Origin: Macrostomum hystrix
Taxonomy: Eukaryota; Animalia; Platyhelminthes
Length of the DNA: 64,000 nt
Direction of reading: 5' to 3'
Assembly: GCA_950097015.1 (NCBI GenBank)
Contig: CATNEN010000039.1
Coordinates: forward strand, 15,934,001-15,998,000
Shown here: positions 26,381 through 39,895 of the stretch, in pieces
Position numbering within the stretch: position 1 is the first letter of the stretch
Layout of the letters: each line of letters opens with the position of its first letter
Position numbers and translations under genes: made by a program
The notes under the pieces: generated by a model
What the model was told of the DNA's origin: nothing
The model's database searches: none
Seen by the model: only the letters and a program-made list of their open reading frames with translations

Positions 26381-27469
26381 ACCATTGGATGCTGCAAAAG
26401 TATTAAGTCAGTGTACATTGCTATGGTTGATATGGTCCTAACAGTAGAAGAAATAAAGGTAGTATATTTTTTACAGTTCATAAAGAAGAAACTTTTTTCT
26501 GTGTAGATAAGGAAAAATATAATATTTAAACAAATTTAAAGGCAGAAAATTTTTGCTTCTCCTAAAAGATATATATAATATAATATATATACATACTGTT
26601 ATAAAAATGTGAAAACTAGCTAGCTAGCTAGTAAGCCTACATGATCTGGACTATGCACAATGCCCTTGAATTAATACCACAATCCTCTAGTCATTGATTT
26701 TAGAATCAACTACAATAAGTTAAGGATAGGGCCTATAGGGATGTATACACAAATCATAGAATTGAATTAGCTAGGCATTTAAAAAATGTATACATGTACT
26801 TAACATCATATAATTTTGCACATTAACTTGAAAACATACAATTTTCTGCACAGAATCTAAACTTACAGTTTAGATCATGTAGTGCATACAGAATTTTCTG
26901 GCATGCATTTTAAAAATTTGGCATCCACTGGTATGCAAAAGCAATTGCATAGCTTGGGCTGGCACAAGGTTGGCAATGGTAATACACAAGTCTGCAGTGC
27001 AGTACTGAGGCATGCACATATAATGTATACATACAATGATGCACAGAATATAAAAATACATCTAGACTATTGATCAGCTCAAAGAAATGTTTCTGTTGAA
27101 TGCCTAAAACAAATATATCATAGAATGCACTATTTGCAAAGATTAACTTTTTCATGTAACTATTCAACTAGTCAATATAATATGCAATTTTTACTCAAGT
27201 AATGTTGATAAAAAATGCTGAATACATTGAAATATATAATTTTATAAATATCATAAAATATATATAACTTTTTGGAATGCAAAAAGTTTTGACAATATAT
27301 CTTGATATGCATCAGCTTGGCATTGGTGTGCAAAAAACTATGATTTTGTTCTGGCATTCATCTAGCATGATCTAGACTATGGATCTAAACCACTTGAAAA
27401 CTAAACTAGGTAGGCCTAAAGTTGCACATTCAAAACTAGAATCTAGAATTGTGCACATCAATATCTAAC

Positions 27470-28200
27470 AATACAATACAATACAATAAGTACAATGTCC
27501 ACCGACCACAAGTGGCCTGAAAAGAGGGGGGCATTGTCAAAAAACACATCTGGCCCCACAGTCTCTGATGAAGGCAGTGCCATTAGCCTGATTGGGCACC
27601 CTGGCGTCTTCTAACAGACAGTTGATGAACCTCCGGGTTCACGCCTGACCTCGCCGGTATGGACCCTGCTGCGTGTGCAGCAAAACCTGCAGCGGCTCCG
27701 GGCAGTAGGACTCAGTGCAGAGAGCGTGACCCGTCAGCTTCAGGCGCTGTTGTTGCAGGATCACGCTTGGAGGGCTCAGCTTTGCCCGTTGATAGAGGGC
27801 CTGGTTTGTGACATGATTGGTCTGGCGGTGGATGCTGAAGGCAGCGCGCAGCAGGCTGGAGTGAGCTGCGTCCAGCTGACGTTGCAGCACCTCCGTCATG
27901 GTCCAGGTTTTGGCATTGTAGAAAAGCAGGGTTTCCACAACCACCTGGAACAGTCGGGTCCTCAGCAGATCTGGCAGGGCATCGCTTTGAAGCATGACTC
28001 AAACTGAGCAGAAAGCTGCCCAGGCAAGCCCTCTGCGACGTCACAAATCCTCTTGGACACTGGGCACAAGACCACCAAGATACTGGAACTGCTCACACCG
28101 GGGTAGGGATGTTGCCATCAAGCTGTCTATGCTGGGAAGATGGATGTCAGCTGGCAGGTCAGCAGGCACAGTGAGTGACTGCTTCTTGACACAAGCCAAT
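27470..28200 (-). mobile_element. RTE-type LINE 3' fragment
   Basis: LFQVVVETLLFYNAKTWTMT..LDAAHSSLLR..HVTNQALY..RLKLTGH..RRG C-terminal motifs and an (ATTGT)n tail at 27470-27495. Confidence 0.85.
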
Positions 28201-31200
28201 TTTCTTTTCTAGGACTAGATGTTAAACCTAGCAAAAGACAAAAAGTATTAGGGACTTTTAAAATATAGCTAAGTTGCAAATATGAGGTTTGATAGTGTGA
28301 ATAAGTGTGACCATGGTTTGGCTGCATCTAAGAATTTCTAGGTGTTTATAAGCTTATAGGCTAGATGAGTCAATTCAGCTATTTATGCTTTATACCAAAG
28401 CAAAAGGTCTATCCAATCCAATTGCTAGGAATTTTGTTCCTGCCATAATTAGGATCATATAAATCACAAAAACTGCCAATTTTTATTTTGTGGCCATTTT
28501 GATATGTGGCTGTAATGTGGTTGTTTTGACATGGAAGCATTTAGAGAGATTATATTTATATTTATATTTAAATTTAGAGAGAACATAACTACTAGTAGTG
28601 TGCTGGTTCTTTGCTTAGGCCTACTGTAAGTGTAGCTCTAAAGAAATTCTAAGAATCATGGCTTGCTGTTTTAATTTATAAGAATCTATAGGTCAATCTA
28701 TAAGAAATTAAAGAATAGAACAATAAGAGAAAGAGAAATATAGGTCTAACGATATTAAAAAAATAACACAAGAATATCAAAATCAGAACTTCTCGAGGCA
28801 AACGTTACATATTTGGCACGTGTCTTGACTATTTTTCTAAGAATGAGTTGATGCATATGTAAATGTAAATGCTTAAATATCTTTTTTCAGGCAGTAGTCA
28901 CTAAAGGTACTAAGAAGCCTTAACAAAATATTTTATTTGAATCAAATTTAGTCAAGAAACCAATTATGCACTTACTGCTTTTAGCCAACGTTTTATGAAT
29001 TCAATTAATACATACTGTAATTGGTACCTCGAAAAACCTATGAAACCTTTATATTTGATAAAAACCAGTAAAGTTGATAAAAATGTAATAAATTACCCAT
29101 TACAGTCGCTACCCATTTCGGAACGGCTACCAAGACTGAATTGATGTAATTATAAACAGTCTGCTATGTGTACTATATCAAAATAATTTACGATGTCGTT
29201 ATGTAATATTTGTTATAACTCTCTTTTGCATGAACTCTCATAGTAGCTGTCGTTCTTTTACTGTTTTCATGTTTCTCCACGGCGTTTAATAGTCCTGAGT
29301 GACTTATTTGAATTCATTTTGCGCCCGAGAGCTCAGCTTCAGATTGTCGAGCTTCTGCTATCACAGAATCAAGTTTTACTCTTACTTAGCAGCTTCTAAC
29401 GTGTATTTCCTTTGGGTTTAGTGAATTAAAGCATCATTTTACATTTAATCTTAGCGTCTTATTAGCTGTCTATACATTTCTAGCATTGAAAATGCGTCCT
29501 TTAATGGCCTCTGAATGATATCTCCTGTGTTAGTATGAAAGACATGGGTAGTGAGATGCTGAATCATTCGCAGCTCGTTACCCTGTCTTTCGTATTTACC
29601 AGGAAGGATCGACTCCCTTTCCCTGCAATATCGAAATCGAGGCATCAAATTGGTCTGTTGTAGAGAAGTTTTTCTATCACAGCCAATATTGATGAGCCTT
29701 GATTTTCGTCATTCATCTCCGAAGCACTGAGTACTTGGACTGAAGTTGTTTCAAGTGGTTGTGTTGCAGCGTGAAAATTTGTATCACAGCCCTGCTTGGA
29801 ACAAACTATAGCTCCTATGTCATCTGTCCCTCTGTTAAATGGTGTGATGTTCTTCATCAAAGTGACTGTGATTATTAGACTCCGTTAATTATCACAGCCC
29901 AAGCTTTGGTGAGGCATTTGCCATAGATCGTCGTACTTTGACTGCAAAACCTGCCCACCATTCCCAGTGGCTTGGATTAATTAATGTGAAAAATTGCAAC
30001 ATATTTTATAACTAGTGGCTTTAATAACGAGACTTGTGCACTTGTGTTACTTCAGAACAAGTTTTCGCAATCATAAATTGTGTTGTACTTGTATTGACTT
30101 GTCGGCTAAAAAGTTAATATTGGGTTGGTGGTGGTGTTAAATACAATTGTATTGACGTCTAGGTCTAGCCCGACACATTTTTTCGCATCAGAAAGTTGTG
30201 TCGCTAAATGACAATCGTGAGTGACCAGCTAAGCACAGAATTGTTGTATATGCCTAGTGTAAACTGACGGCTGTGCTGCCTGTGCATGACATTGATAAAG
30301 ATACTTTAAATAACGTGAACTTATTAGCTGTGGCTGCTAAAGCGACAGCTAATATGAATTCAAAATCGCCTATTTATCAGTATTGCTCGCATTCGTAATA
30401 TAACTTTTATGGTCTTTTAGGATGGGTGGCCAGGCAATGACAATCAGCAGCAGTTGCACTAATGCCATGCTTAATTGCCTCGTTTAGTAGATGGTATTCA
30501 GACTACTAATAATATGCTAATTTTGATGATCTATAAGGCTTATCAATGTCGATCACCGGTTAACTTCGCAAAGGCAAGTAGGCCTATTCCAAATAAAACA
30601 TTCGTGATGCTAAGCGTTAGCAATAGCATTATTATTCTCTATCTGTGAGGATCAGGGACAGAACATTTCTGTGTGAATGTAAGCGTGATTCAGTTAAACA
30701 TGTGCGACGCATCTGAAAATGCGCAGGATCGAGTCCCGCTGCCGATGCATTATTTTGCTAACGCCCAATAACCTGCTCAATGAAAGCTAAGACTAATTAT
30801 CATCTAGACTCTAGAGGTTAACTAACTTGCAAAAAGTCATGCAATTGATTATATTCCTATTTCTACTAGGTCCTCTATTCACTAAACGATTGCTTGCATG
30901 TAGCTTTTGCCAATCGCCAATTTTCAGGTAAGAAGCCTGCTGGGGATGAGTCACCCACCCAAGCCACACTAGGCCAGGATGACGAATCGGTGAAGTGAGG
31001 AGAATTTAGGAGCATATATGAAGCCTGGCATTGTGGAAACGGGAACAACACACCATTGGTGACTCACTGCATGAGTCGCAAACCATGATATAGCCTTTGA
31101 TAATCTCCTAGACAGGTTGATGCACGCCTTGCATTTGTTATTCAATCGCATTGTCATGCAATTTTCGGAGATTAAATTATGAAAGCTATTTATAGAAGGG

Positions 31201-32246
31201 ACAGGGGGTGTTGCGAATCTGGATTTCAACTTCGAAGCTACTTAAATAAAAAAAATATTAGAATAAGAATACACACATCGAAGAATTCGTACAGCGTCAT
31301 TTCCTCACATTTAGCATGTAGTCATCCCATAAAATTACATTAAAGCAATTCGTATTCGCTCTTTATACCATTACAAATAAACCTAAAGCATAACAAGCCT
31401 AAAAGGCCTGGTAGCGTATATACGCCCGTAAGCTAAGAGACCTAATAAAAAATAATGTACAAAGCTATTTTTAAAAGTAATTTGCCCTGTTACTGTTGTG
31501 CGTTGTGCGTCGCCCTAAAAGTACTGCAAATTAGCGTTCCGAAATTATGTAATTTTATGGCAATAGCAGTTTATCACAGCAGTATAGCTAGGGATCTACT
31601 TTGTCTTTTTATACAAGTAGTCGAAAACTTAACCTTTTCTATATAAATGCGTAAGGTGAAAAATCTGATTTGAAACTGGAAAATGTTGTGTCCTTTCTAA
31701 GTCACAACGACAATGCTAAATTGTACAGATTACAGCTCTCAGGCTCTCAGAGGATTGCACAATTATCGATGCTTTCTACTTAAAGTAGTGAAAAAACGGA
31801 TAAGAAAGCAGTTGGGTCAAGTAATGAAGTACAAGATTGGGCATGCATAAATAGACGAAATAGAGAAGACCAATCAGGAGCCAACAAATTCGAAGCAGTG
31901 CACAATTTATTCTTGGCAATCTGCCAGAAATTTGGGAGAGAACAGTCTGGTTGCGTACGATTCGTGCTAATAATTAATGCAGTAAATTCAGTAAATTGCA
32001 AAGCTGCTAGATTTCCCATTGCGTCTATCCCGTGGCTATTTATACTGCAAATTTTAGCTCGCAAAGCTTTCAAATTGCGCATCCACTGAAAGCACTTTAT
32101 GTAATTTTTTCGTTTCCCGAGCTACAGAGAGGCAATTGCCAGAAAATGCGTGCGATACAGTGCAACGAATCATAAAGAAGAACTATTTATTTAAAAATGA
32201 TGTGGGAATTGTACTCGGAATCTGAGAATGAACATTTCATCGTCAA

Positions 32247-32740
32247 CAGTAGAAAGACCAGCTAGCTTTTTTTTCACCGGGCAATGGCCCTGAGGTAATG
32301 GGCCTATTTCACATCACGAGAGCTGCCAAACCATACAATTATGACAGATTTTTGTGAGAGTCCACACCAGATGAATCAAAATTTTGCGCTCTTTACGATG
32401 AGTTAACTTTCAAAGCCGTCTGACTTCAGCACCATCGATATATTCAGCGATTCTTGTCAAAGACCCTGCATAGCAACAAGGACAGCTAACATTATTCTTA
32501 AAGCTTTTGTTCAATAATCTACGTCCTATTATCATCTGCAGCGTCTGGAGTATCGGGTGCTTTTGTTGAATGTCTCGAAGGGTTCCCGGCGATGCTCCAG
32601 ACGCTGATGAAGGGGACCCTCGTTGCTGGGATGCTGAGAGAAAAGGTCCCTGCGACTGATTGAGATACGAGCGTAGTTTGTGGAGCTAGTTTTCATGGTT
32701 CCATGATGAAATTTATGTGAGCAGAAAAATTATGCCCAGT
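32247..32740 (+). mobile_element. MITE family B, 3'-truncated
   Basis: CAGTAGAAAG start and colinear similarity to 20515-21075. Confidence 0.75.
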
Positions 32741-32883
32741 TTATCAATCTGGCAGTACATTGTAACGATTGATGCAATGAGGGCAGATATCTATACCTCA
32801 CTAAAGCAACAATCTATTAGGAAGTGACACACAATTGTTGAAATAGAACATCCGAAAGACAACTATGAAGATAACTTTACGAG

Positions 32884-33886
32884 CAGTGCTGGGCACTTCC
32901 GGTACTCCGTTACTTTTGAAAGTAACGGAATTTACTTTTTCTTAAAGCGGTACTTTTTGAGTTACTTTTTCAACTGAGTAACGGAGTAACGGTAACGGAG
33001 GCTTTTTTCTGTAGTCCGGTCCTCCGGTCCTCCGTTACTAGCCCATAGCAAATAGCAAATAGCAAATAAAAAAATAGTTACAAATTTACAATAAATTATA
33101 GTTTTTACTTTTTATACACAATTTAACTTCCTTATTTACAATCCCAGCTCCCTTCCATTCCAGTCCCACTCTTGCCCGTTGTTGTTCATTGTCACGTCAC
33201 ATCTCTTCCTCTACATCCCTCTTTAACTCTTTTCAGTTGTCCCTTTTCTATAGTTTTCTCCGTCCTTCTATCCCTTCTCTCCATCCCTCTCCTTTCTCCT
33301 CTCCTTTCTCCATTCATCTCATTCATTCCTCTCAGGCCAAAAATTTGAAAACGGAAAAGTTCCCAAAGGTTGTAAACCTGTTTGTTTATGTTTTTGCGTG
33401 TTTACTGTTTCAGCGGTGACTGCGTCAGCGGTCACACTGATCAATCTATCAATAAATATATCAATATTGATAGCTATCAATCTATCATATCGTAATGCAT
33501 ATTCTAATATTCTACTCGTAGTCATTCATATTCACGTATTTTATTGAAATTAAAAATATATATTTGAAATGCAAGATTTTTTTTAAATTTTTATAATTTT
33601 ATAATATTTCAACCAACCTGTCCTGTCTAACCGCTGGTAGGCTGCAACTTTCACACCTAGCTTTTAGAAAATATTCGCATTTTGGTCCTGAACTTAAAAA
33701 TAATTTAAATAAATTATTTTTTAATTACTTAAATCTGAAAAAATCTGAAAAATGAGAATAATAACGAAGTAACGGACTAAGTAACAGAAGTTACCGAAAA
33801 ATCGAAAAGTACCAGCTACAAGTAACGAATGAAAAATCTTTTTTGGAGAATTTGGTAACTTTTCAAAAGTAACTTACCCAGCACTG
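32884..33886. mobile_element. Non-autonomous hAT element
   Basis: TIRs CAGTGCTGGG/CCCAGCACTG, perfect 8-bp TSD TTTACGAG, subterminal AGTAAC(G) repeats at both ends. Confidence 0.92.
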
Positions 33887-34481
33887 TTTACGAGTATATA
33901 GTAGAGTATAGTATTTAAGTATCACACATTTTCAGGTGACTACGATAACGCTGGACATAATACATTGCACACTTTATTGTACGCGTAGAAGAAAATTAGC
34001 TTAAGCAATTCGCATATTTGGTTGTTACTGTACTCACCCAGAATATACCTTACCGTCGTAGGTCAGGCAAAAAAAGGAATACAGTTTCGAATTGCACAAA
34101 TAAGAATTTGGAGCAGTCTTTTGGACCCGTATTTAATTAAGCTACTCCAACTATGCCTAAGGGTTTTGAGCTAAAACAGTGGCCGTATTCAAAACGACAG
34201 ACACTGGAAGGTGAGGAACACAGCATGTGACTGCGTATATTATACTCAGCGCAGACACACACAGACTCTAGGTTAGGTTAGACCGTTGGCCATTTTTATT
34301 CTCCGAGGTTCTGTGCACGGAATATCGCGCCGTTTAAAAGCGTCAAAGCTAGTGAGGTATTTTTGTAGAACTTTTACTGATACACGATCAGGTATTTACA
34401 CCAAGCTTTATTAGATATATTGTACATAGCAAACACTAATTCATGCAGGATTTTCAATAAGCTAGTAGCCTATCATGCGAA

Positions 34482-34496
34482 ATGCTACAGCAACGT

Positions 34497-34527
<31 letters not shown>

Positions 34528-35580
34528 GGTGAGTGCAGAGTTCACAGATTCTTCTATGTCAGTAGTCAGGATCATTTTAATCCTCAGAATATTGTTTGAG
34601 TTTGTAAGAACGATTTTTACGTTCCTCTAAGGAATTTGTAACCTTCCTGCCTTCTTTGATACTGCAGAAGTCCAGCAACAGTCGGTCGATCGACCGGTGC
34701 CCCAGCTGGCAGTGTTGTGCTGACAATTCAACCACAGCAGACGCAGCTAGAACAAGCTCTGCCCATCGAGCCAGAGAAGTGGTACCAGCAGCAGCAGCAG
34801 GAGCAGCTGCAGCAGCAGTTGCACAGCCAGCAGCGCAGCCAGCGGATTAAGCAGCAGCTGGCCAATTATCGTCCTCGACGACGCAGATCGAAACGCGAGC
34901 CGCCGATGGTGCCAGGACCGTCGTTCGCCGCCGCAGTCGGCCTCGGCGTGTCAGTCATCCTGCTGGCTGCCGGCGGTGGCGCCTGCTTCGCACTGAAGTG
35001 CAACGGCGACACCGGCGTTGGCCTGGCGCTTCTAATCCTGGCCTGCATGCTGCTCATCGCCTCGACGGCGCTATTCGCCAGCCTGCCCTGCTGCTATTGC
35101 GACGAGTCGAGAAACTGCCGCGTCAGAGACGCCTGCGCGCTCCGTTGGGCAAACATGCGGCGTCCAAACGCGCCTCACCCAGCAGCCGTCGCTCCCTGCC
35201 CGACGGGCCAGCTCGGCCTGCCCGCCATCACTGTTCGCGATTATTCCTCGATGGATTCGCCGTCGACCAATTCGGCCGGTGGCGGAACGCCGCGCACCGC
35301 GTCGTCCACGGTGAGCATCGACGATCGGACTGATTCGTCGTCCTTTGCGGGCGGTATTGTCGGCGGTCGGCGCAACTCGCTGCCGCCGCAGCTGGCCTGG
35401 TGCTACGAGGGCGAGCCGCCGGACCCCAGCCGTCTCCATCCAATGTACAGCCGACGTCGCGACTCCTGGGGTGGTGGTGATGGAGTGACGATTCAAACGG
35501 CTGACAGGATGCCACTGTCCAGCGACAGTAAAGGTCGTCAGAGCAAATCGAAGAATAAGCTCAAGCAGCGGAACAGTTGA
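34482..35580 (+). CDS. Uncharacterised two-TM protein (~319 aa) with N-terminal poly-Q. Exons 34482-34528 and 34668-35580
   Basis: Phase-2 CG|gtgagt ... ctgcag|A junction restores the frame of ORF 34717-35580. Two hydrophobic helices, PCCYC..C..C juxtamembrane cluster, RRxS motifs, GC-rich codon usage like the neighbouring genes. Confidence 0.75.
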
Positions 35581-35887
35581 CCATCGATTGTGTCAGCTTT
35601 TTAATCTTTTTCCTGACATTTCTTCGTCAACTTATGTACTTAAACCTTAGAACGTTTTTCTGCAGAATACCTCAAAAAGGCATTTTAAATAGAGACAGCA
35701 GAATTGCATTATTGCATACTGAATTACTTGTACATTTGTAAATGTACATTGCTGCGGGTTACAAGTAGTAGAAGTAGACCAAGCTATTATCACCTATGGC
35801 CGGAAAGACAGCGGGTATTTCGAACACCCACTGCCTCATTCGCGATAGCTGCCAAACCGAATGACCCATTTTCGTGAAAGATGCATG

Positions 35888-36408
35888 TCAGATCCTCAAC
35901 TAGAATCGCAGCAGGATCCTCAGCTAGAATCGCAGCAGGATCCTTAACTAGAATCGCAGCAGGATCCTTATCTAGAATCGCAGCAGGATCCTCAACTAGA
36001 ATCGCAGCAGGATTCTTAACTAGAATCGTAGCAGGATCCTTAACTAGAATCGCAGCAGGATCCACAGCTAGAATCGTAGCCGGATCCTTAACTAGAATCG
36101 CAGCAGGATCCACAGATAGAATCGCAGCAGGATCCTCAATTAGAATCGCAGCAGGATCCACAGCTAGAATCGCAGCAGGATTTAGATCTACTCTACAACC
36201 ACATCAGGATCTTCAGCTAGAATCGCAGCAGGATCCTCAGCTAGAATCGCAACAGGATCCTCAGCTAGAATCGCAGGAGGATCCTCAGCTAGAATCGCAG
36301 CAGGATCCTCAGCTAGAATGGCAGCAGGATCCTCAGCTAGAATGGCAGCAGGATCCTCAGCTAGAATCGCAGCAGGATTTACATCTAGCTCGTACAATCG
36401 CAGCAGGT
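35888..36408. repeat. 24-bp minisatellite (ctagaatcgcagcaggatcctcag)
   Basis: About 20 units in two sub-blocks. Confidence 0.95.
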
Positions 36409-37427
36409 TGTTAAATTAAACCCCAGACAAAAATTACAAAGTCAACACTGCCACAATGAAACCATTTCAGTAACTTTTGTCTTTTCAGTTAAACATTTTC
36501 TTTCAAATTTTTAGTCGCGAGGCATTGATAACGCTCCATTTCTACTACTAAATAGTAGTACTAATGCTACAACTGTGCAGCTAGAGACAAGAATAGGAGA
36601 GAGGTGAGAGACAGATAATAGATGATCGAAGTGGCAAAGAAATAGGAGCCTAGGTACTCTGGATTTGATGCTTTTAAATTTATTGTTTTATAAATAAAAA
36701 TCCATTATTCTCCAATCGAAATTAACACGAGCCAGTAAAAGCTTGAAGCGCATCATCAGTTAGAGGCTAAAGACAAACAATAGCGATTCCTCAAACTCCA
36801 AGTTAACTACTTGAATCGGTAAAAATATGCGTGCAATTGAACAGGCAGTTTAATGATAATTAGTGTTTGCACATCGCTTTGTTACGCTCAACAGTAGCGC
36901 AACAGGCTGTCGTCGAAAAAGTTAGATTTCAAAGTGTCGGGAGTTTTCAAAAATATATAATAAGAAAACACAGAAGCGCTATGCAGACTACTTGAAACCC
37001 TAACTAGTAGTATATAGAGTACAGACCAAAATCATAAGAAATTATACGAGTCAAAATGAAGGAGGCGGCCGCATTAGGATTCAAATTGTCATTCATTTGC
37101 AGTTTAAAAAAACATTAACAACAAGCCTACTAGAATAATTCTGTCCAGTGTTCAGCCGTTCAGGTACGTGGCTAAAAGGGAGCAACTAAGGAGGAAGATG
37201 CACTTGCTTTGAAAGCAGAACGGCTGCTGCTGCTGCTACTACAAATATTAGAAATAAAAAATAAACCAAAACTTTTGGTTGGTTGGTTTGAACTGTTGAA
37301 CTTAGCGAAATTAAATAAAAACTTATAAAGAAAACGAATTCAAATCAATTAGTTCAGAATTTGGTGATTTAGAGGCACAATAAAAATAGCTTCAATAAAA
37401 AAATGTCACTCCATATAAAGTAAAGCT

Positions 37428-37655
37428 CCTACTACTAGATTCTAGATTTAGACTTCCTTACTACCAGATTCTAGATTTAGACTTCCTTACTACTAGATTC
37501 TAGATTTAGACTTCCTTACTACTAGATTCTAGATTTAGACTTCCTTACTACTAGATTCTAGATTTAGACTTCCTTACTACTAGATTCTAGATTTAGACTT
37601 CCTTACTACTAGGTTCTAGATTTAGACTTCCTTACTACTAGGTTCTAGATCTAGA
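37428..37655. repeat. 29-bp minisatellite (cttactactagattctagatttagacttc)
   Basis: About 7.5 nearly identical units. Confidence 0.95.
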
Positions 37656-38344
37656 AGTCCTTCATTCTAGTCATAGGTTCTCCTGACAGTTTATTAACGC
37701 ACAAAAACAATGAAAAGCTTGAAAAAACTTCACAATGCGTAGGCTGCATTGTTAACACTGAGCAGCTTGTTGTAGGCTGAGGGCAAAAAGAAATTAGTGA
37801 ATTTTATTGAACAAAATAAATTGCAAACTTATGGAAGAGACAAAGACAGTGGTAGAGAGGCCGACGGTCGGGATATTTGGGCGTCAGGTAGAGAAATAGG
37901 GAGAAAATGGCAGATTCGATATGCCAATCAAAATGTGATAGCAAGCAGTAGCATGAGAATTACATCGATTGATTGTTCGGTCAGGTAAGGCCGGGCTTTT
38001 TTAAACAAACAAACAAACAAGAGACAGCAATGTATAAATAAATCGGCTGTGTTAACATTAAAAACCAGTTTAGTTTATTTTCATGAAATAGACAACAGCA
38101 GAATCTATAGAGCGAGGGGTCCTTGGCTGGCACAACACGCAAAACTAAAAAAAATATTTTTTATAGAACCGCCACTCGAGGCCCGGTGCATTAGGGAAGG
38201 GCCAACTTTGAGTAGGGCACGATCTGCAATGACAATTTTTGGCAGGGTTGAAGCATACAACTTTTATTAAAGTTCGGTGAAAATTTTTATTTGAGGATCT
38301 GGCAGAGCAGACTTAAGCTTTAGGATATGGGAGGACAGAATTAA

Positions 38345-39287
38345 TTTGAGGATCTGGGAGATATGGCTACTCAAACTGAGGATCTGGGAGATATGGCTAC
38401 TCAAACTGAGGATCTGGGAGATATGGCTACTCAAACTGAGGATCTGGGAGAAAAGGCTACTCAAACTGAGGATCTGGGAGATATGGCTACTCAAACTGAG
38501 GATCTGGGAGATATGGCTACTCAAACTGAGGATCTGGGAGATATGGCTACTCAAACTGAGGATCTGGGAGATATGGCTACTCAAACTGAGGATCTGGGAG
38601 AATAGGCTACTCAAACTGAGGATATGGGAGAAATGGCTACTCAATCTGAGGATGTGTGAGAAACGGCTAGTCAATCTGAGGATCTGGGAGAAAAGGCTAC
38701 TCAAACTGAGGATCTGGGAGATATGGCTACTCAATCTGAGGATCTGGGAGATATGGCTACTCAAGCTGAGGATCTGGGAGAATAGGCTACTCAAACTGAG
38801 GATCTGGGAGAATAGGCTACTCAAACTGAGGATATGGGAGAAATGGCTACTCAATCTGAGGATGTGTGAGAAACGGCTAGTCAATCTGAGGATCTGGGAG
38901 AAAAGGCTACTCAAACTGAGGATCTGGGAGATATGGCTACTCAATCTGAGGATCTGGGAGATATGGCTACTCAAACTGAGGATCTGGGAGAATAGGCTAC
39001 TCAAACTGAGGATCTGGGAGAATAGGCTACTCAATCTGAGGATGTGAGAAACGGCTAGTCAATCTGAGGATCTGGGAGAAAAGGCTACTCAAACTGAGGA
39101 TCTGGGAGATATGGCTACTCAAACCGAGGATCTGGGAGATATGGCTACTCAAACTGAGGATCTGGGAGATACGGCTACTCAAACTGAGGATCTGGGAGAA
39201 TAGGCTAGTCAATCTGAGGATCTGGGAGAAATGGCTACTCAATCTGAGGATGTGTGAGAAACGGCTAGTCAATCTGAGGATCTGGGA
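38345..39287. repeat. 30-bp minisatellite (tgaggatctgggagatatggctactcaaac)
   Basis: About 31 units, with variant monomers recurring. Confidence 0.96.
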
Positions 39288-39579
39288 ATGAATAAAAATG
39301 TACGCTGTATTATGGAAATTGGCACTAATTCTACACTGATGCACTGAATGTATTTTTGTGAATAGTGAATACTACTAGTGACACATCTAGAAAATGTTAG
39401 ATGATCGAATTTTTGTCCTTTATAAACTGTCATTTATTATCGACAAATAATTTCAAGACGACCCACACTTCTTATGCAACTAAAAGAAAATAAAATACGA
39501 TACAATTCACTTTGAAGTTGACACCGAAAACTGCCAACAGACTGAAATTCGTTACTTATTGCACAATATAGGATCAAAG

Positions 39580-39895
39580 CCTGAGGATCAGGGAGATTTA
39601 TGGCCTGAAGCTGAGGATGTCGGAGGTTTTATGATTCTAACTGGAGATAAGAAAATAGGATTAGGATTTGGGATTTAGGATTAACGCCCGAGGACATAAA
39701 GGTTTAGGATTCCAAAATCACGTTTTTTCGAGGTTTAAGATCTCAACTTGAAGATTTTAGAAGTTTACGATCCCAACTTGAGGATTTTAGAGGTTTAAGA
39801 TACCAACTTGAGGATTTTATAAGTTTACGATCCCAACTTGAAGATTTTAGAGGTTTAAGATCCGAACCTGAGGATTTTAGAGGTTTAGGATACCA
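39580..39895. repeat. Degenerate 30-bp repeat (tgaggattttagaggtttaagatcccaact)
   Basis: 30-bp period; shares the TGAGGAT anchor with the 38345 array. Confidence 0.8.

Noticed and set aside
29451-32089. Short ORFs at 18975-19436, 29451-29860 and 31780-32089
   Set aside because: No recognisable motifs or consistent splice model. They could be decayed elements, but I cannot support a call.
38267-39344. LRR-like or repeat-protein ORFs (also 35790-36414, 53816-54587, 62110-62673)
   Set aside because: Stop-free frames of tandem repeats, with no splice or start context.
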